A stretch of DNA of 64,000 nt from Mustelus asterias. Lineage: Eukaryota. The stretch covers positions 682,001 to 746,000 of the forward strand of contig NW_027590140.1 of the NCBI RefSeq assembly GCF_964213995.1, in the 5' to 3' direction. The notes under the pieces were generated by a model. That model did no database searches. It worked only from the letters and a program-made list of their open reading frames with translations, and was not told the origin of the DNA. The translations under genes were made by a program, and so were the position numbers. Below are positions 25,729-37,613 of this stretch, piece by piece (position 1 is the stretch's first letter; each line of letters begins with the position of its first letter).

Positions 25729-26377
25729 GGGAAGAAGGAATTTACTCTGATCTGCTAAGTCCTGGAAGTCAATCTGACACCAAAGAGCAAGCCCAGTCCA
25801 TTGGCCAATGGGTGCAGGGCAGGCCAAAGGGGTCTTCGCAACTGACAGTGGAGGTCGAGGCTGGTCCTGCTGCAGGCCTCAGAATGCAGGCTGTGGCTGG
25901 GCCTAGCACAGGCTCAATAAGAGAGCAGGCCGAGGCTGGGCCTGCTGCAAGCCTCGTAAGGCAGGATGAGGTTGGGCCTAGCACAGGCTCAATAAGCGAG
26001 CAGGCTGAGGCTGTGCCTGCTGCAAGCCTCAGAATACAGGCCGAGTCTGGGCTCGTTCAGGCTCAATAAGAGAGCAGGCCGAGGCTGAGCCAGCTGCAAG
26101 CCTCCAAAGGCAGGATGAGGCTAAGCCTAGCACTCCCCAGATGGTTCCAGTACAAGATTCAACATACACAAGCCTGAAGAAACGACCAAAGGATGCTGAC
26201 TACCAACTCCTCAGACGACAGATACCCAATGATCAAAGTGCAGTAACATATTCAGCAGAAGCTGAGGAGGTGACACTTAAGACAACATCGCAAGGCAACA
26301 AGATAGATTTGGGAACTGAGACAATTACAAATTCACTCCCAGCATATTCTACATTTAAGCCACTCGAAAACCATTGA
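25729..26377 (+). CDS. Exon 5: cytoplasmic tail with YxxL motif, tandem repeats and ITAM (1-bp frameshift near 26051-26060)
   Basis: ctctttgcag acceptor, phase 1; EEGIYSDL; repeats; frame stops at 26069, while the next frame gives DSTYTSLKKRPKDADYQLL and ends TGA 26377. Spliced CDS is 280 aa as written, 383 aa with one base restored. Confidence 0.72.
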
Positions 26378-26880
26378 TTATATTCCAGTTTGTAACTCAC
26401 TGCCAGGTATCTGTTGTTCTATAAACCACCCAAAACCCTCGATTAGATTCCAGTTTGTGACACTCCCTGGTATCTGTTATTCTGTATATAAACCACCATG
26501 AACCGTTCAATCAGATTCTACTCTGTAACTCACTCCCAGGTATCCGTCATTTTATGTAAACCACTCCAAAATCCTCGATTAGACAACAGTCTTTGACTCA
26601 CTTCTGAGTATCTATTATTCTATATATAAACCACCCCAAACCCCGAGATTGGATTGCAGTTTGGAACTCATTTCCAAGTATCTGTTATTCTATATATAAA
26701 ACACCCAAACCCCTCGACCATGTTTCAATCTGTAACTCAGTTCCAAACATCTGTTATTCCATATATAAACCACACCAAACCCTTGATTATATTCTAGTCT
26801 GTAACATACTCCCAGTTATTTGTTATTCTATTTATAGACCATCCTGAACCCATCAATTCGAATCCAGTCTGTAACTCAGT
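26330..26880. repeat. ~65-69-bp satellite (ttccagtctgtaactcactcccaggtatctgttattctatatataaaccacc...)
   Basis: About 8 degenerate tandem copies. Confidence 0.88.
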
Positions 26881-27779
26881 AAAGATCACAGGGCCAGTAC
26901 TGTGAACAGGGCTATGAGGAAGTGTGTGACATTCTCTTTGTTTCCTGGGGACAATCGCTGTTTCTCAGACGACAGCTTTGAAAGATAAAAACATTGGTTT
27001 CCCTGTCTCACATTGCTGTTTGTGCGATATCGCTTTGCATAACATGGTTGCCCCATGTCTAACATTGCAACACTGACTGCACTCTAAATAAAAACGTTCT
27101 TTGTTTGCTCTGAACTGTCTAGGTTGATCAGAGGTTTAGATTTATTTTGGTATGAGACTTGCTTTCCAATATGATTGTTTCGTGTGTTATCCGTCTGTGC
27201 TTGCTAATGAGGAAAGCAAAAAAACGTTTATCTTAATGTATGTGCACAAATGTGTTAAAATGTGACCTACACGATTGTAAAAACTGATTCTGCCTCAACT
27301 AGAGCATTGTTCTAGTTCGGCACACTGTACTGGAGGGAGGATGTGAAAGTATTGCTGAGTGTGTGGAAAAGATTCACGAGAATGACTCCAGAAATAAGGA
27401 AGTACCATTTTGTGGGTAGATGGAAGCAGCTGGGACTGTTTCCTCGAGTGGAGAACGTGGAAAGAGGATTCAAGAGAGATTTAAAACTCTGAGACATCTG
27501 GGCAGAGTAGTTAGAGAGAGAAACTATTCCCCCTGTGGGAAGGATCCAGATTGAAAGTCATTGGCGAAAGAAGGAATAATAATAAAAGAAGAAGTTCTTC
27601 AAATGCTCAATCCTAAGATTCTCGATTGTTCTTTCTGAGAATCTGGTGAAGACAGGATCAATTGATGCTTTGGAAAGAAAATTGGATATTTAATGAAAGA
27701 GTAAAGATTGTAGATCAACGGGAGAGGCCTGTTTGCTGAGGTTCTCTCGTGAAACATGATTATTTTGATAGCGCAACGG

Positions 27780-30700
27780 ACTGGGAGGGTCAGGCGTCGG
27801 CCGATTCATTGGATTCCTGTAAGCGTTCGCACGACGCTTGCGTCTCCTCGGACGGATCTCTGGCAATGTCTGTGTGATGCCGGAAATCGGCTGGGAGGCG
27901 CGGCAATAATTTAAATAGTATTTAGAAGTGCCAAGGGAGTGGGGTCTTGGGGCGCGGTCGAGGGGCGCGGCCTGCTGGTGGTAGGGCCTAAGGGCAATTG
28001 GTGGGGGTGGGGATCCCACTGCCACTGTGTATTGGGATGTGGTCTGGGCAGGAGGGAGCCTAGCGATCGGAACTGGCTGGGAGGGGATGGTCAGCCGGGG
28101 GTTCTGCCAATTGGGGTTTCTGCCGGTGGGGGTCTGCCTCCCGGGGGGTGGAGTCTGCCGCCCGCTGTGGGGAGGGGGGGGGCGGGGGTCTGCCTGCAGG
28201 GGAGTGGGGGTGGATCGTCTCTGATGGGGGGCTGGGCGGGATGGGGACTGGAGATCGGGATGGGACGTGGGAAGCGGGGGTGTGTTCGGGGCTGGCCCGC
28301 ACATGGAAGAGGGGCCACGATCGGGTTGTGGAGTGTTTGGGGTGCAGCACTGTGGGGGTCCCGGACTGACCAGCGATCGAGCTGGTCAGCAAACTGCACG
28401 TTGACAGTGCAGTTTGCTGTTTCAGCCCCTCCATTGTGAATAGGCCCCGCCCCCTGAAATTGAATGATATTCACCTCTGCACTGCAGAGTGTGGGAGACT
28501 CTTGCCTGAACTCTCATGATTAAACCAGCGTGAATTATTCCAGTTTTCCCGTGAATGCGACACTTCGATTTTTTTAGGAGTGTCGCCCCCATGATTCTAA
28601 TGAGGCTGAAGCAATGTTTTGCAGAGCTTCGTGAGTGCTATGGACCTGAAGTGAGCGAAGTGCGGGAGATGTTGCAGGCTCGCCCTAGAGATGCTTGGTG
28701 GGCTTCCTCCAGGCTGTCTTCAGGTGCTGGCTGGTGGACTAGTGATACCTGGGGTGGCGTGGGGGTGGGGGGGGGGGGGGCTTCCATTTGCTCAGAGCTC
28801 ACTGGGGGACGGGCCCTGATGGAGTCCTGCTCAGCTTTCCCCCTGAGGACACTGCTGTTACTTTGTGGGGAAGGGGCCCTGAAGGAGTGCTGCTCAGCCT
28901 TCCCCTTGAGGGCACTGTGCAGTGGCATTGTCTGCCTTGGGTGTGGTTATGCACTGCATTGAGTGCTGGGGTTCCGGGAGAGGAGTGGAGTGGGAGAGGG
29001 GCGCTTGTGAGTGCACCATGTGCTGACTGATGCCTAACCACATCAACAGCTGCTGCTCCAGGCCGGGGTGCCGAGGTTCACACATAGACTGCACGGAATC
29101 TGCTGTCACTGGGCACCCACCTGGTGATAACTTAAGCCTGCCTCTGCCCTGTGACACTGACCATGCCTGCAACTGATGTTGCAGATGCACACATGGCAAT
29201 TGTTCAAGGGTGGGCAGTGACCACAGCTACACGCTCACCTGCATAATCTGTGCCATCATTTGTCATGATCGGAACTTCACACAACCTAATCAGGTCACGC
29301 ATGGCACCATGGATTGTGTGGTGTTGACAGCACCTATAAGTGGGGGAACTGGCCCAAGTGAGGAAATGGGGTGGTGCTGAGTCTATGCAGGCAATGACAT
29401 TAATCTGTCATTCTTTGCTCTTTCCAAACCCCATTGTGCAGATGGATCTTAGACTGATAGATTTGGAGCTGGCCATTATGGTGGCGGATGAGGAGGCAGA
29501 GGAGGTCGCTCAGGAGGTGGAGGCTGTGGGGAGACCATTGCAGGAATAGTCAATACCAGGTCCTCAGGAAGGAGGGCAGGGGGCTGCCGCTGAGGTCCAG
29601 GAGGTGGGTGAGCAGTCTCCCAAAAGGATGCACATAAGGCAGAGGGTGCAGAGGGCAAGGAGGCACAGGCCTCGGAATTTATTTGAGACTGTCTCGGAGG
29701 CGACATGTCGCTGCTGGCTGCGGCTCACCAAGAGCACAGTGCGTCATCTATGTGAGGTGCTCGCACACCTGGAACCTCAGGGGAGGGGCGGCCATCCGCT
29801 CCCTGTGGAGGTTAAGGTGACGGCTGCCTTGAACGTTTTTGCATCTGGGTCATTTCGGGCACCCAATGGCGACCTTAGTGGGGACTCTCAGGCCTTCGTG
29901 CGCAGACGAGTGTGGCAGGTCACATATGCCCTTTATGCCCGGGAAGGATAGTACATAAAGTTTGATTCCACTCCCTGAATGTGCAGATCGTGTGTGACCA
30001 TCTCATGTGGATCATGCAGGTCGATGCACGCCATCCAGGGAATGCCCATGACAGCTTTGCCCTCAGGCAGCGGACATCTGTGACCTCTTTCAAAACCAGC
30101 CCATGCTGCCGGGATGGCTACTGGGTGACCAGGGTTACCCGCTAAAGTCATGGGTGATGATGTCTGTACGGAGGCCCGAGACCGAGTTGTAGACCCGCTA
30201 CCATGAGGCCCATGCAGCCTCTCGGTCCACAGTAGAGTGCTGCATCGGCCTGCTTAAAATGCGGTTCCGCTGCTCCAACCCTTTGTGTGCTTCACGCATA
30301 AGCATAGTTTGCTGCGTTCTGCACAACATAAAGTTTTTAAAAGCGTTTTTATTAGTCACAAGTAGACTGACATTAACACTGCAATGAAAGTATTATGAAA
30401 ATGCCCAAGTTGCCCCATCAGGCGCCTGTTCGGGTACACTGAGGGAGAATGTTGTATGTCCAATGCATCTAACCTGCACAACTTTGGACTGTGGGAGGAA
30501 GCTGTAGCACTCGGAGGAAACCCAAGCATACACGGGGAGAACTCCACACAGACAGTGATGCAAGTCGGGAATCAAACCTGGGTGTGGCAGCAGTGCGAAC
30601 CACTGTGCCACCGTGCAGCCCTCATCGCCCAGCAGCGGGGAGACAAGCTGGAGAAGGAGAAGGAGGAGGGGGGGCGGCGATGGGGCGAGGTGGACGTCCT

Positions 30701-31150
30701 GTCATATGAGGAGCCAGAGGAAACGGGGCAGGCAGCGATAACAGATGTTCGGCAGGGAAGGTCAATGATGGATGCCTTAAACGTACCCCGCTTCACGTAG
30801 CTGGTGCTCTGTCATCCCACCACTCTGTCTCCCAGAAACATCCAAACTTGTTAATGGGCCTGGGCTGGCAATGGTCGTGAGTCTGGCTTGATGGCTGGAG
30901 GATGATGGCGACTCACTGTTGTGTGCTCTGGGATCCTGCCCCTGGTGCCACTCAAGCCTGACTCCTACATGTTCTCCGAATGCACGCTGCCATCCTGGCC
31001 CACATAGAAGTAAGGGTTGTGGGCACACGTTTGTGGGATAATCAGTGCGGGTGGGGGGCATTTGCCCCAAACGTCTGGTGGATGTTGGGGAAGGTTTGGC
31101 AGGCACTGTGTAAAATGTGGTTGAGCCTCGCAAAGCATAACAGACAGCTC
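27780..31150 (+). mobile_element. Degenerate PIF/Harbinger DNA transposon (HARBI1-like transposase ~29442-30800), with a SINE at ~30331-30618
   Basis: RLTKSTVRHLC..LPVEVKVTAALNVFASGSF, HSLNVQIVCD, GWLLGDQGYPL and RSTVECCIGLLKMRFRC motifs; multiple stops; outer boundaries approximate. Confidence 0.8.
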
Positions 31151-31239
31151 CTCTATACATGGGAACCGCCCGACACGAAGGGACAATTTCACATGGCCAA
31201 TCAACCTAACCAGCGCATCTTTGGGCTGCGTTATCAACA

Positions 31240-32385
31240 GGGATTCAAACAATATAAGGGGCACTGAGAGAGAATTCATTCTGTGTGTCCAGGATTTTCT
31301 TTTCAGCCAATTAGCGATAAACCCAAAAAGAGAAGATGCAATTCTAGACCTCGCCTTGGGAACGAAGAAGGGTAAGTGGGTGAAGTGACAGTTGGTGACC
31401 ATATCAGGGATAGTGATCGCAATTCAGTTGCATTTAGCCTGACCATGGAAAAGGACAGAGATAAAGCAGAAATAAAAGGTTCGAACTCAGATAAGGCAAA
31501 CTTTGCAGGAATGAGAAGGGACTTGGCTGACATGGGATGGACAGCACTGCTAGGGGATAAATCAGTGGAAAACCACTGGGAAACACTAAAAAGTAAGATT
31601 GTGAATCATAACATCCCTACAGTGCAGAACGAGGTTATTTGATTCATGACCCACCCACCTACCCAGCCCATATTTGGACCATTGGAGGAAACTGGAGCAC
31701 CCAGGGGAAACAGATGCATGAAGAGAATGTGCAGCTCCACATAGTCAGTCACCAAAGGCTCGAATCAAATCTGGGTCCCTGGTGCTTTGAGGAAATGTAC
31801 AAAGTAGACGCGTTCCCTCCAAACTTAAGACTGGTTCTGCGAAGTCTAGATTCCCTGGTTGTCTACAAGAATAGTAAGAAGCTTAACAACACCAGGTCAA
31901 CTTCTTACTGTGTTTACCCCAGTCCAACGCCGGCATCTCCACATCATGTCAACGAGAATTGCAGGGGACGAACAAATAGAAAAAGAAAGTGTACGATAGG
32001 CATTATGAAGGAATCACTGCAGATAGCCTAGATGAATATAGGAACTGCAGGGGCAAAGTGAAAAGGAACAAAGGAAACCTGAGAGAGGGCATGAAAAAAG
32101 TTAGCAAGTAAAGTTGAAGAAAACCCAAAGATGTTTTGCCAATATATTAATGGTAAAAGTTAAGGCAAATGTCTGATCTATCAGCAATGAATAACGAAGC
32201 TTGTGTGTAGATGCAGAGGGTGTGGGAAGATGTTTGAATGAATATTTTGTTTCCATATATTGAATGGAAAGGGGTGATGCAGATTTATTAGTCCAGGAGG
32301 AACACGCTGAGATATTGGGTGGAATAATCATAAAGAGATTTTTCGAAGGGCCAGATGGACTGTTTCTGAGGATGCTGAAAGAGAA
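31240..32385 (+). mobile_element. Old CR1 ORF2 (APE/linker) fragments with SINE pieces
   Basis: AILDLALGN, SDRNSV and CLNEYFVSI-like motifs. Confidence 0.7.
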
Positions 32386-32949
32386 TCATACAATACTACA
32401 GTGCAGAAGGAGGCTACCTGGCCCATCGAGTCTGCACCGACCACAATCCCACCCAGTCCTATCCCCATAACCCCATGCATTTACCCAAACTAGTCCCACT
32501 GACACTAAGGGGAAATTGATCATGGCCAATCCAGTTTGCCCGCACATCATTGGACTGGGAGGAAACCGGAGCATCTGAAGGAAACACATGCACACACGGG
32601 GAGAATGTGCAAACTCCACACAGACACAAGTCGTGAATCAAACAGCAAATGCTATGGCCATAAAAATATATTCTGGCAATGGTGCTGAAGAATTCAGATT
32701 CAGATCTTACCGCAATCCGAGCTAAGCTGTTCCTACGCTACAACACTGCCATCTAACCGCCAATGCTACAATTTGCCCAAGATTGCCCGGTTTACAAATA
32801 TCAGGTCAAATCCAACGCCGCAAATTACCATCAGTCTACTCCTGATCATCTGTAACGTGACGGAAGGGGCAATAAACAATGATATCAGGAGGAATTCCAA
32901 TGCAAACTGGAGGAACATCGCCCGATCTCCCGATTCGGCACTTACTGCG

Positions 32950-33500
32950 TTCCAGAATTAACACTGAATTCAACAACTTCAGAGCATCTCCTTTCCTCCA
33001 TCCTCACCCAATTTCCATTTACTTTGTTTTATTTCGTTTTATCTTATTTATTTATTTTTATTATTTTATATCTTCTTTTATATATATATTTATTTTTTAA
33101 ATTTCCATGTTTTGCATTGTTTATTGAAAATCTCACTTTCCATTTTGTTGACCCCTCTCCCTCCACCCCACTCGAGCCGTCTCTTACATTTCCTTTGTTC
33201 TGCCATTAACACATTCTGATCTCTTAATGGGCAGCCAGCAGCACCCTTCTCAGCCATGATCACCACCATTAAAATTCCCTTTTCCTTAATTTATATGGAA
33301 CACCTTTGTCACCCACCCCACACCCATATCCCTCACCATTACAGTATAAATCTCGTCCAAATTTCTTTGTCTTCAGCTCTGACGATGTGTCATCCAGATT
33401 TTGAACGTTAGCTCTATTCTCCCTTCACAGTTGCTTTCAGACCTGTTGAGATTTTCCAGCGTTTTCTGTTCTTGTTTTAGATTCCAGCATCCACAGTAAA
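32950..33500 (+). mobile_element. Penelope-like retroelement 3' fragment
   Basis: INTEFNNFR-like end and gacctgttgagattttccagc tail, also seen at 17460-17560. Confidence 0.55.
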
Positions 33501-33622
33501 TGTGTTTATTCAAGAGGCACTTTGTCAGACAGACTTGTCCCTGGTATACAAAAAAATGCTAAAATGGGAACGAAGCGCCAAGTTAGCATGGATAGGTTAG
33601 ATTAAAACACTTGCAGACAGTT

Positions 33623-33689
33623 TCCGTGGTGATCTCGTGGTGAGGATTTGGCGCTTTCACCGCAGCGGTTCGATTCCTAGGTCAGGGAA
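33623..33689 (+). pseudogene. tRNA-Glu(TTC) pseudogene
   Basis: Matches the vertebrate tRNA-Glu consensus with substitutions and a deletion before the T-loop. Confidence 0.75.
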
Positions 33690-34167
33690 TGAAGATTTCT
33701 TGTTTTCTTGCAGCACATGATTTAAGTGGAATTGGAATTATTTCCTGATCGAAAACAGGAGTGATATTGGTGCCAGTTTCAACAGCACAGAGAAAAATCC
33801 GTCCCATGCCATAAACCCGTCAATTACCCAAAACAATTTGTATTTGCATTGCCTCTTTTGGTTCCTCCAGTCAAAATGAATAATGAGGTATTCTCGTAGA
33901 ATCTCTATTGTACAGAAGGAGGTCGATCGGCCCATCGAGTGCGAACCGACAACAATCCCACTCACGCCCTATTCCCGGAAACCCACATATTTACCCTGAT
34001 AATCCCGCTGACAGGCGGGTCAATTTAGCATGGCCAAGCAAGCTAACTCACACATGTTTGGAAAGGAAACCGGAGCAATCCCACGCAGACACGGGGAGAA
34101 CGTGCAAATTCCGCACAGAGTGACCCGAGAAATTTAACCTGAGCCACTGTGTCACCCTGCCGTCCTA

Positions 34168-34495
34168 TTCATAGAATCCCTACAGTACAGGAAGAGGCCA
34201 TTCGGCCCATCGAGTCTGCACCGACCACAATCTCACCCAGGCCCTACCCCAATATATTTTACCCACGAATCCCTATAACCTACACATCTCAGGACACTAA
34301 GGGGCAATTTTAGCATGGCCAATCAACCTCACACGCACATCTTTGGACTGTGGGAGGAAACCGGAGCACCCGGAGGAAGCCCACGCAGACACGAGGAGAA
34401 TGTGCCAACGCCAGGCAGACAGTGACCCAAGCCGGGAATCGAACGCGGGTCCCTGGAGCTGTGAAGCAGCAGTGCTAACCACTGTGCTACTGTGC
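34168..34495 (-). mobile_element. Full-length HE1-like SINE; other minus copies at ~16115-16400, 20499-20815, 32385-32645, 33900-34165, 38483-38750, 40860-41020
   Basis: Reverse complement of the 11371 copy. Confidence 0.88.
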
Positions 34496-35076
34496 TACGA
34501 TTCTACTGCATCTAATTTTACTGCAGTGTTCGTCCCAACCTGTGATAAACCATTTTGTGGTAATTCTGCTGATCTATATTAACTTATCACCGTTAATGGA
34601 CGGTGGGTTCCAGGGCCACGTTGGGCGCCATTGTTTTTAAACTTTGCTGCTTTTCCAGGTGAGCTCCAGCTCTCCATTCCTCCGGCAGCGTCACCGCTCA
34701 AACTGTGTCTTTTTCCATCCCGCGCCGTTAATCTCACAGTGACTGCTTTCTGAGTGAAAACTGCCTCCACTTCACTGGAGGTCGGAGAGTTACAATTAAA
34801 GTTCTTCTTGTCACTGAGTCCGAGATTTGGACCCAGACCTGCGAGGTATTTGTGTCAATGGAAACAATAAAATCTTCTCCATCAACAGCCAGATCTTAGC
34901 CCGCATCACCATCTATATCGTCAGCGCTTTGTATCCTATTTCTCTCTTTTTTTTGTTCTTGACATGTGACATTTCAAATTCAGACACAAAAGAGGAAATT
35001 AACCTACTATTGATTCCCACAGAACTGGTACAAAACTGGAAGGAACACAGGATTTTTACGCAGCAACAAACCGACT

Positions 35077-35148
35077 TTCCCTGACCGGGAATCGAACCCG
35101 GGCCGCGGCGATGAGAGCGCCGAATCCTAACGACTAGACCACCAGGGA
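35077..35148 (-). tRNA. tRNA-Glu(CTC), possibly weak or pseudo
   Basis: 72 nt TCCCTGGTGGTCTAGTCGTTAGGATTCGGCGCTCTCATCGCCGCGGCCCGGGTTCGATTCCCGGTCAGGGAA; D-loop GG changed to CG; no clean T4 terminator nearby. Confidence 0.85.
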
Positions 35149-36502
35149 AGCTGGCCCAAATTCTTTAAAAGATTGATTTATCCATGAGCCTTCTGCCTTT
35201 TATTTTTATTTCAGACTCTTTATTCACCAAAACCAAGTTTCTCCTTTAAATTGTCATGTTTAAATCGAACCCAAGGGACTGTTCAACCAATGAAAACAGC
35301 GAATCCTGTTAGCTGCAACATGAAATCGACCGTGAGGTGAAAGCTGGTCATGTGGCACTTTCAATTTCCAAAACCCACCAAACTCATCACTGTGGCTTCT
35401 GTGAAACTTGCAAGGTAACACACGGCAGACATTCACCACGGAGAGCAACTGGCAGAACACATTTATGAAACATTGTCCTGTCGCTTCTCTTCCTGTTTCT
35501 GTCGCTGCCTCTCATCCAGCTCCCTCTGGTTGTCCATTTCCCAGGGTCAGTGAGCTGCTTGATACAGACACAGAGAGTTGGTGAACTCGATCTTTACCTG
35601 GAAAGCAAGGAAAGCGAATGTATGACACACGGCATTGAGAGGAGATGGAGTTTAGAGATAACAGTATAAAGAGACACAGATATCTCATCTTCCTGATCCA
35701 GTTCCTGATTGCAGGAACGTACACAGTGCCAATTATCGACTGTCACACTCTCCTTCCAGCCATGAGCACGGAGTTAAGTTTTGAAGTGTTTGAAGTCTTG
35801 CGACAGTTATTCAGCGTTTGGTTGAGACCATATTTGGAATAGTGTGTTCAGTTTGCATCTCCCCATTTTAGACAAAATAAAAGCAAAATCTGAGGATGCT
35901 GGAATCTGAATCAAGAACAGAAAAAGCTGGAAAATCTCAACAGCTTTAACGAGAAAGAATAGATAGCATTGAAAAACTGCAGGGATTCTATCATTCTATG
36001 AGTTTGATAGGGTGGATGCTGAGACATTATTTTCCCTGGCCCGGAAATCTAAAGCACGGGGGCACAATCTCAGGATAAGGCGCTGATGATTAAGGACTGC
36101 GATGAGCAGACATTTCTTCACTCAAAGGAGAGTGAATTTGGGGAATTCTCTGTGCCAGAGGGTTGTAGATGCTCCATCATTGAACACATTTCAGTTCGGG
36201 CTGGATAGATTTATGATCTATTCAGGAATGAATGGAAGCAGGGGTATGGAATTGGAGCAGATGCTCAACCACAAATTCATGTTTCCATTCTAATTGTTAA
36301 GCTTAATGGTACAATGGAAGCATGTATATAATATTATATGTAATATGTCAGAAGTCAATAGTCATTAAATAATGTTGGTGACAACAGATAACAGTACAGC
36401 TGGCAACACTTGAGAGCTATTTTTTATTGACGACCACGGACCCCTTGCCAACACGCAACTGTTTGCCTATGAATGCAGATGGTGAGAAAACAGTAAAATC
36501 AG

Positions 36503-36576
36503 CGTCCCTGGGTGGTCTCGAATCACCAACCTTCCAGTTAACAGCCGAACGCGCTGACCGATTGCGCCACAGAGAC
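36503..36576 (-). tRNA. tRNA-Asn(GTT), degenerate
   Basis: 74 nt GTCTCTGTGGCGCAATCGG..GTT..CAGGGACG followed by TTTT; B-box G>A and weakened anticodon stem. Confidence 0.8.
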
Positions 36577-37518
36577 TAAGGCAGCATCTGCTGCTGACGA
36601 TATTCTAAGCTAGGGTGTCAATAACCACAATTCTCTTTCTGCAAAACCTGTTCCAGGACTGCAGCATGACCGCACCGTTTAGAATTCTATCCAAGTATCT
36701 TTGGTTATGTTGATCCCGCAGCATTTCTGTAGTGTGTTGGTTATTCTCATTTTCCTATGAACGTGTAGGTAAAATGAATCCATGTCTCTTATCACAGGGA
36801 GGAATTCAAAGGGAGGGAAGGGAACTGACCACCAGAAGCCCAAGGATCCAATAGTTTCCACTCAATCATCAATAACACCATTCACAGCTGTACCTGTATC
36901 CAAATATTGTGACCCATTTTCCTCAGGATTTGTTCCAAGAGTTAATATTTTCCTTGTTTTCTCCTCATTTTGAAATGAGATTCGCTTCAATATACAACTC
37001 AAATGGAATTGGAAACCTGACGGACTCATAGTCACTGGGTAACATAAACCCCATGGTGTTCATTTCCAGATTCACAGCGCTCAGCTTTTCAATCAAATGG
37101 AGGAATCTACTACTGAAACGTTTTGGAAAGTTGGTTTGAATATTGTTTGTGACTCACTCAGATACTGTTTAAATGATACTCGAAGGTTCAGTGCGCGGGA
37201 TATAATCCGTAAACGTTTTGCTGAACTTGTGTTAGGTGTATTGCGAGTTTTGAACGGGGTTGAATCTTGTGTCCCAGGGATGGGCGGTAACCCACTAATT
37301 GAAGCGGCAGTCGCCGCTTTTCTGCTGGCAGCGGATGGATGATTGGAGAATGCGGGGTAAAATGCTGCTGCTTGTCCCTGTCTCACTTACTGTGGAGCTG
37401 GTGAAGAGAGAATCATTGATGCGTTTGTTCCCCGTCTATGTTGCCTCGAATGACTGTTGTTAACGGAGGTGACGCTGTAAAAGTCTTTAATAAATGACAA
37501 AAATCAGCCCAAAGCCGT

Positions 37519-37613
37519 GCTCCAGTGGCGCAATCGGTTAGCGCCCGGTACTTATCCAGCAGTACAGCCAGTGGGCCATGCCGAGGTTGTGAGTTCGAGC
37601 CTCACCTAGAGCA
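37519..37613 (+). tRNA. Intron-containing tRNA-Ile(TAT), likely pseudogene
   Basis: GCTCCAGTGGCGCAATCGGTTAGCG..CTTAT + 21-nt intron (37557-37577) + ATGCCGAGGTTGTGAGTTCGAGCCTCACCTAGAGCA; last 18 nt tandemly duplicated. Confidence 0.82.

Noticed and set aside
9946-26377. Naming the ITAM gene CD3, CD79 or pre-T-alpha
   Set aside because: No CxxC stalk or acidic TM residue (CD3), no V-type domain with short tail (CD79), no basic TM residues or C1 domain (pTa); left unnamed.
23722-26880. Regularly spaced repeats resembling CRISPR arrays
   Set aside because: Head-to-tail satellites without unique spacers, no cas genes, vertebrate context.
27690-28474. Overlapping Pro/Gly-rich ORFs
   Set aside because: GC-rich transposon-associated sequence with no domain signature.
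34735-34775. Isolated CACAGTG heptamer
   Set aside because: No good nonamer at 12 or 23 bp and no V or D coding sequence; SINE heads also contain CACAGTG.
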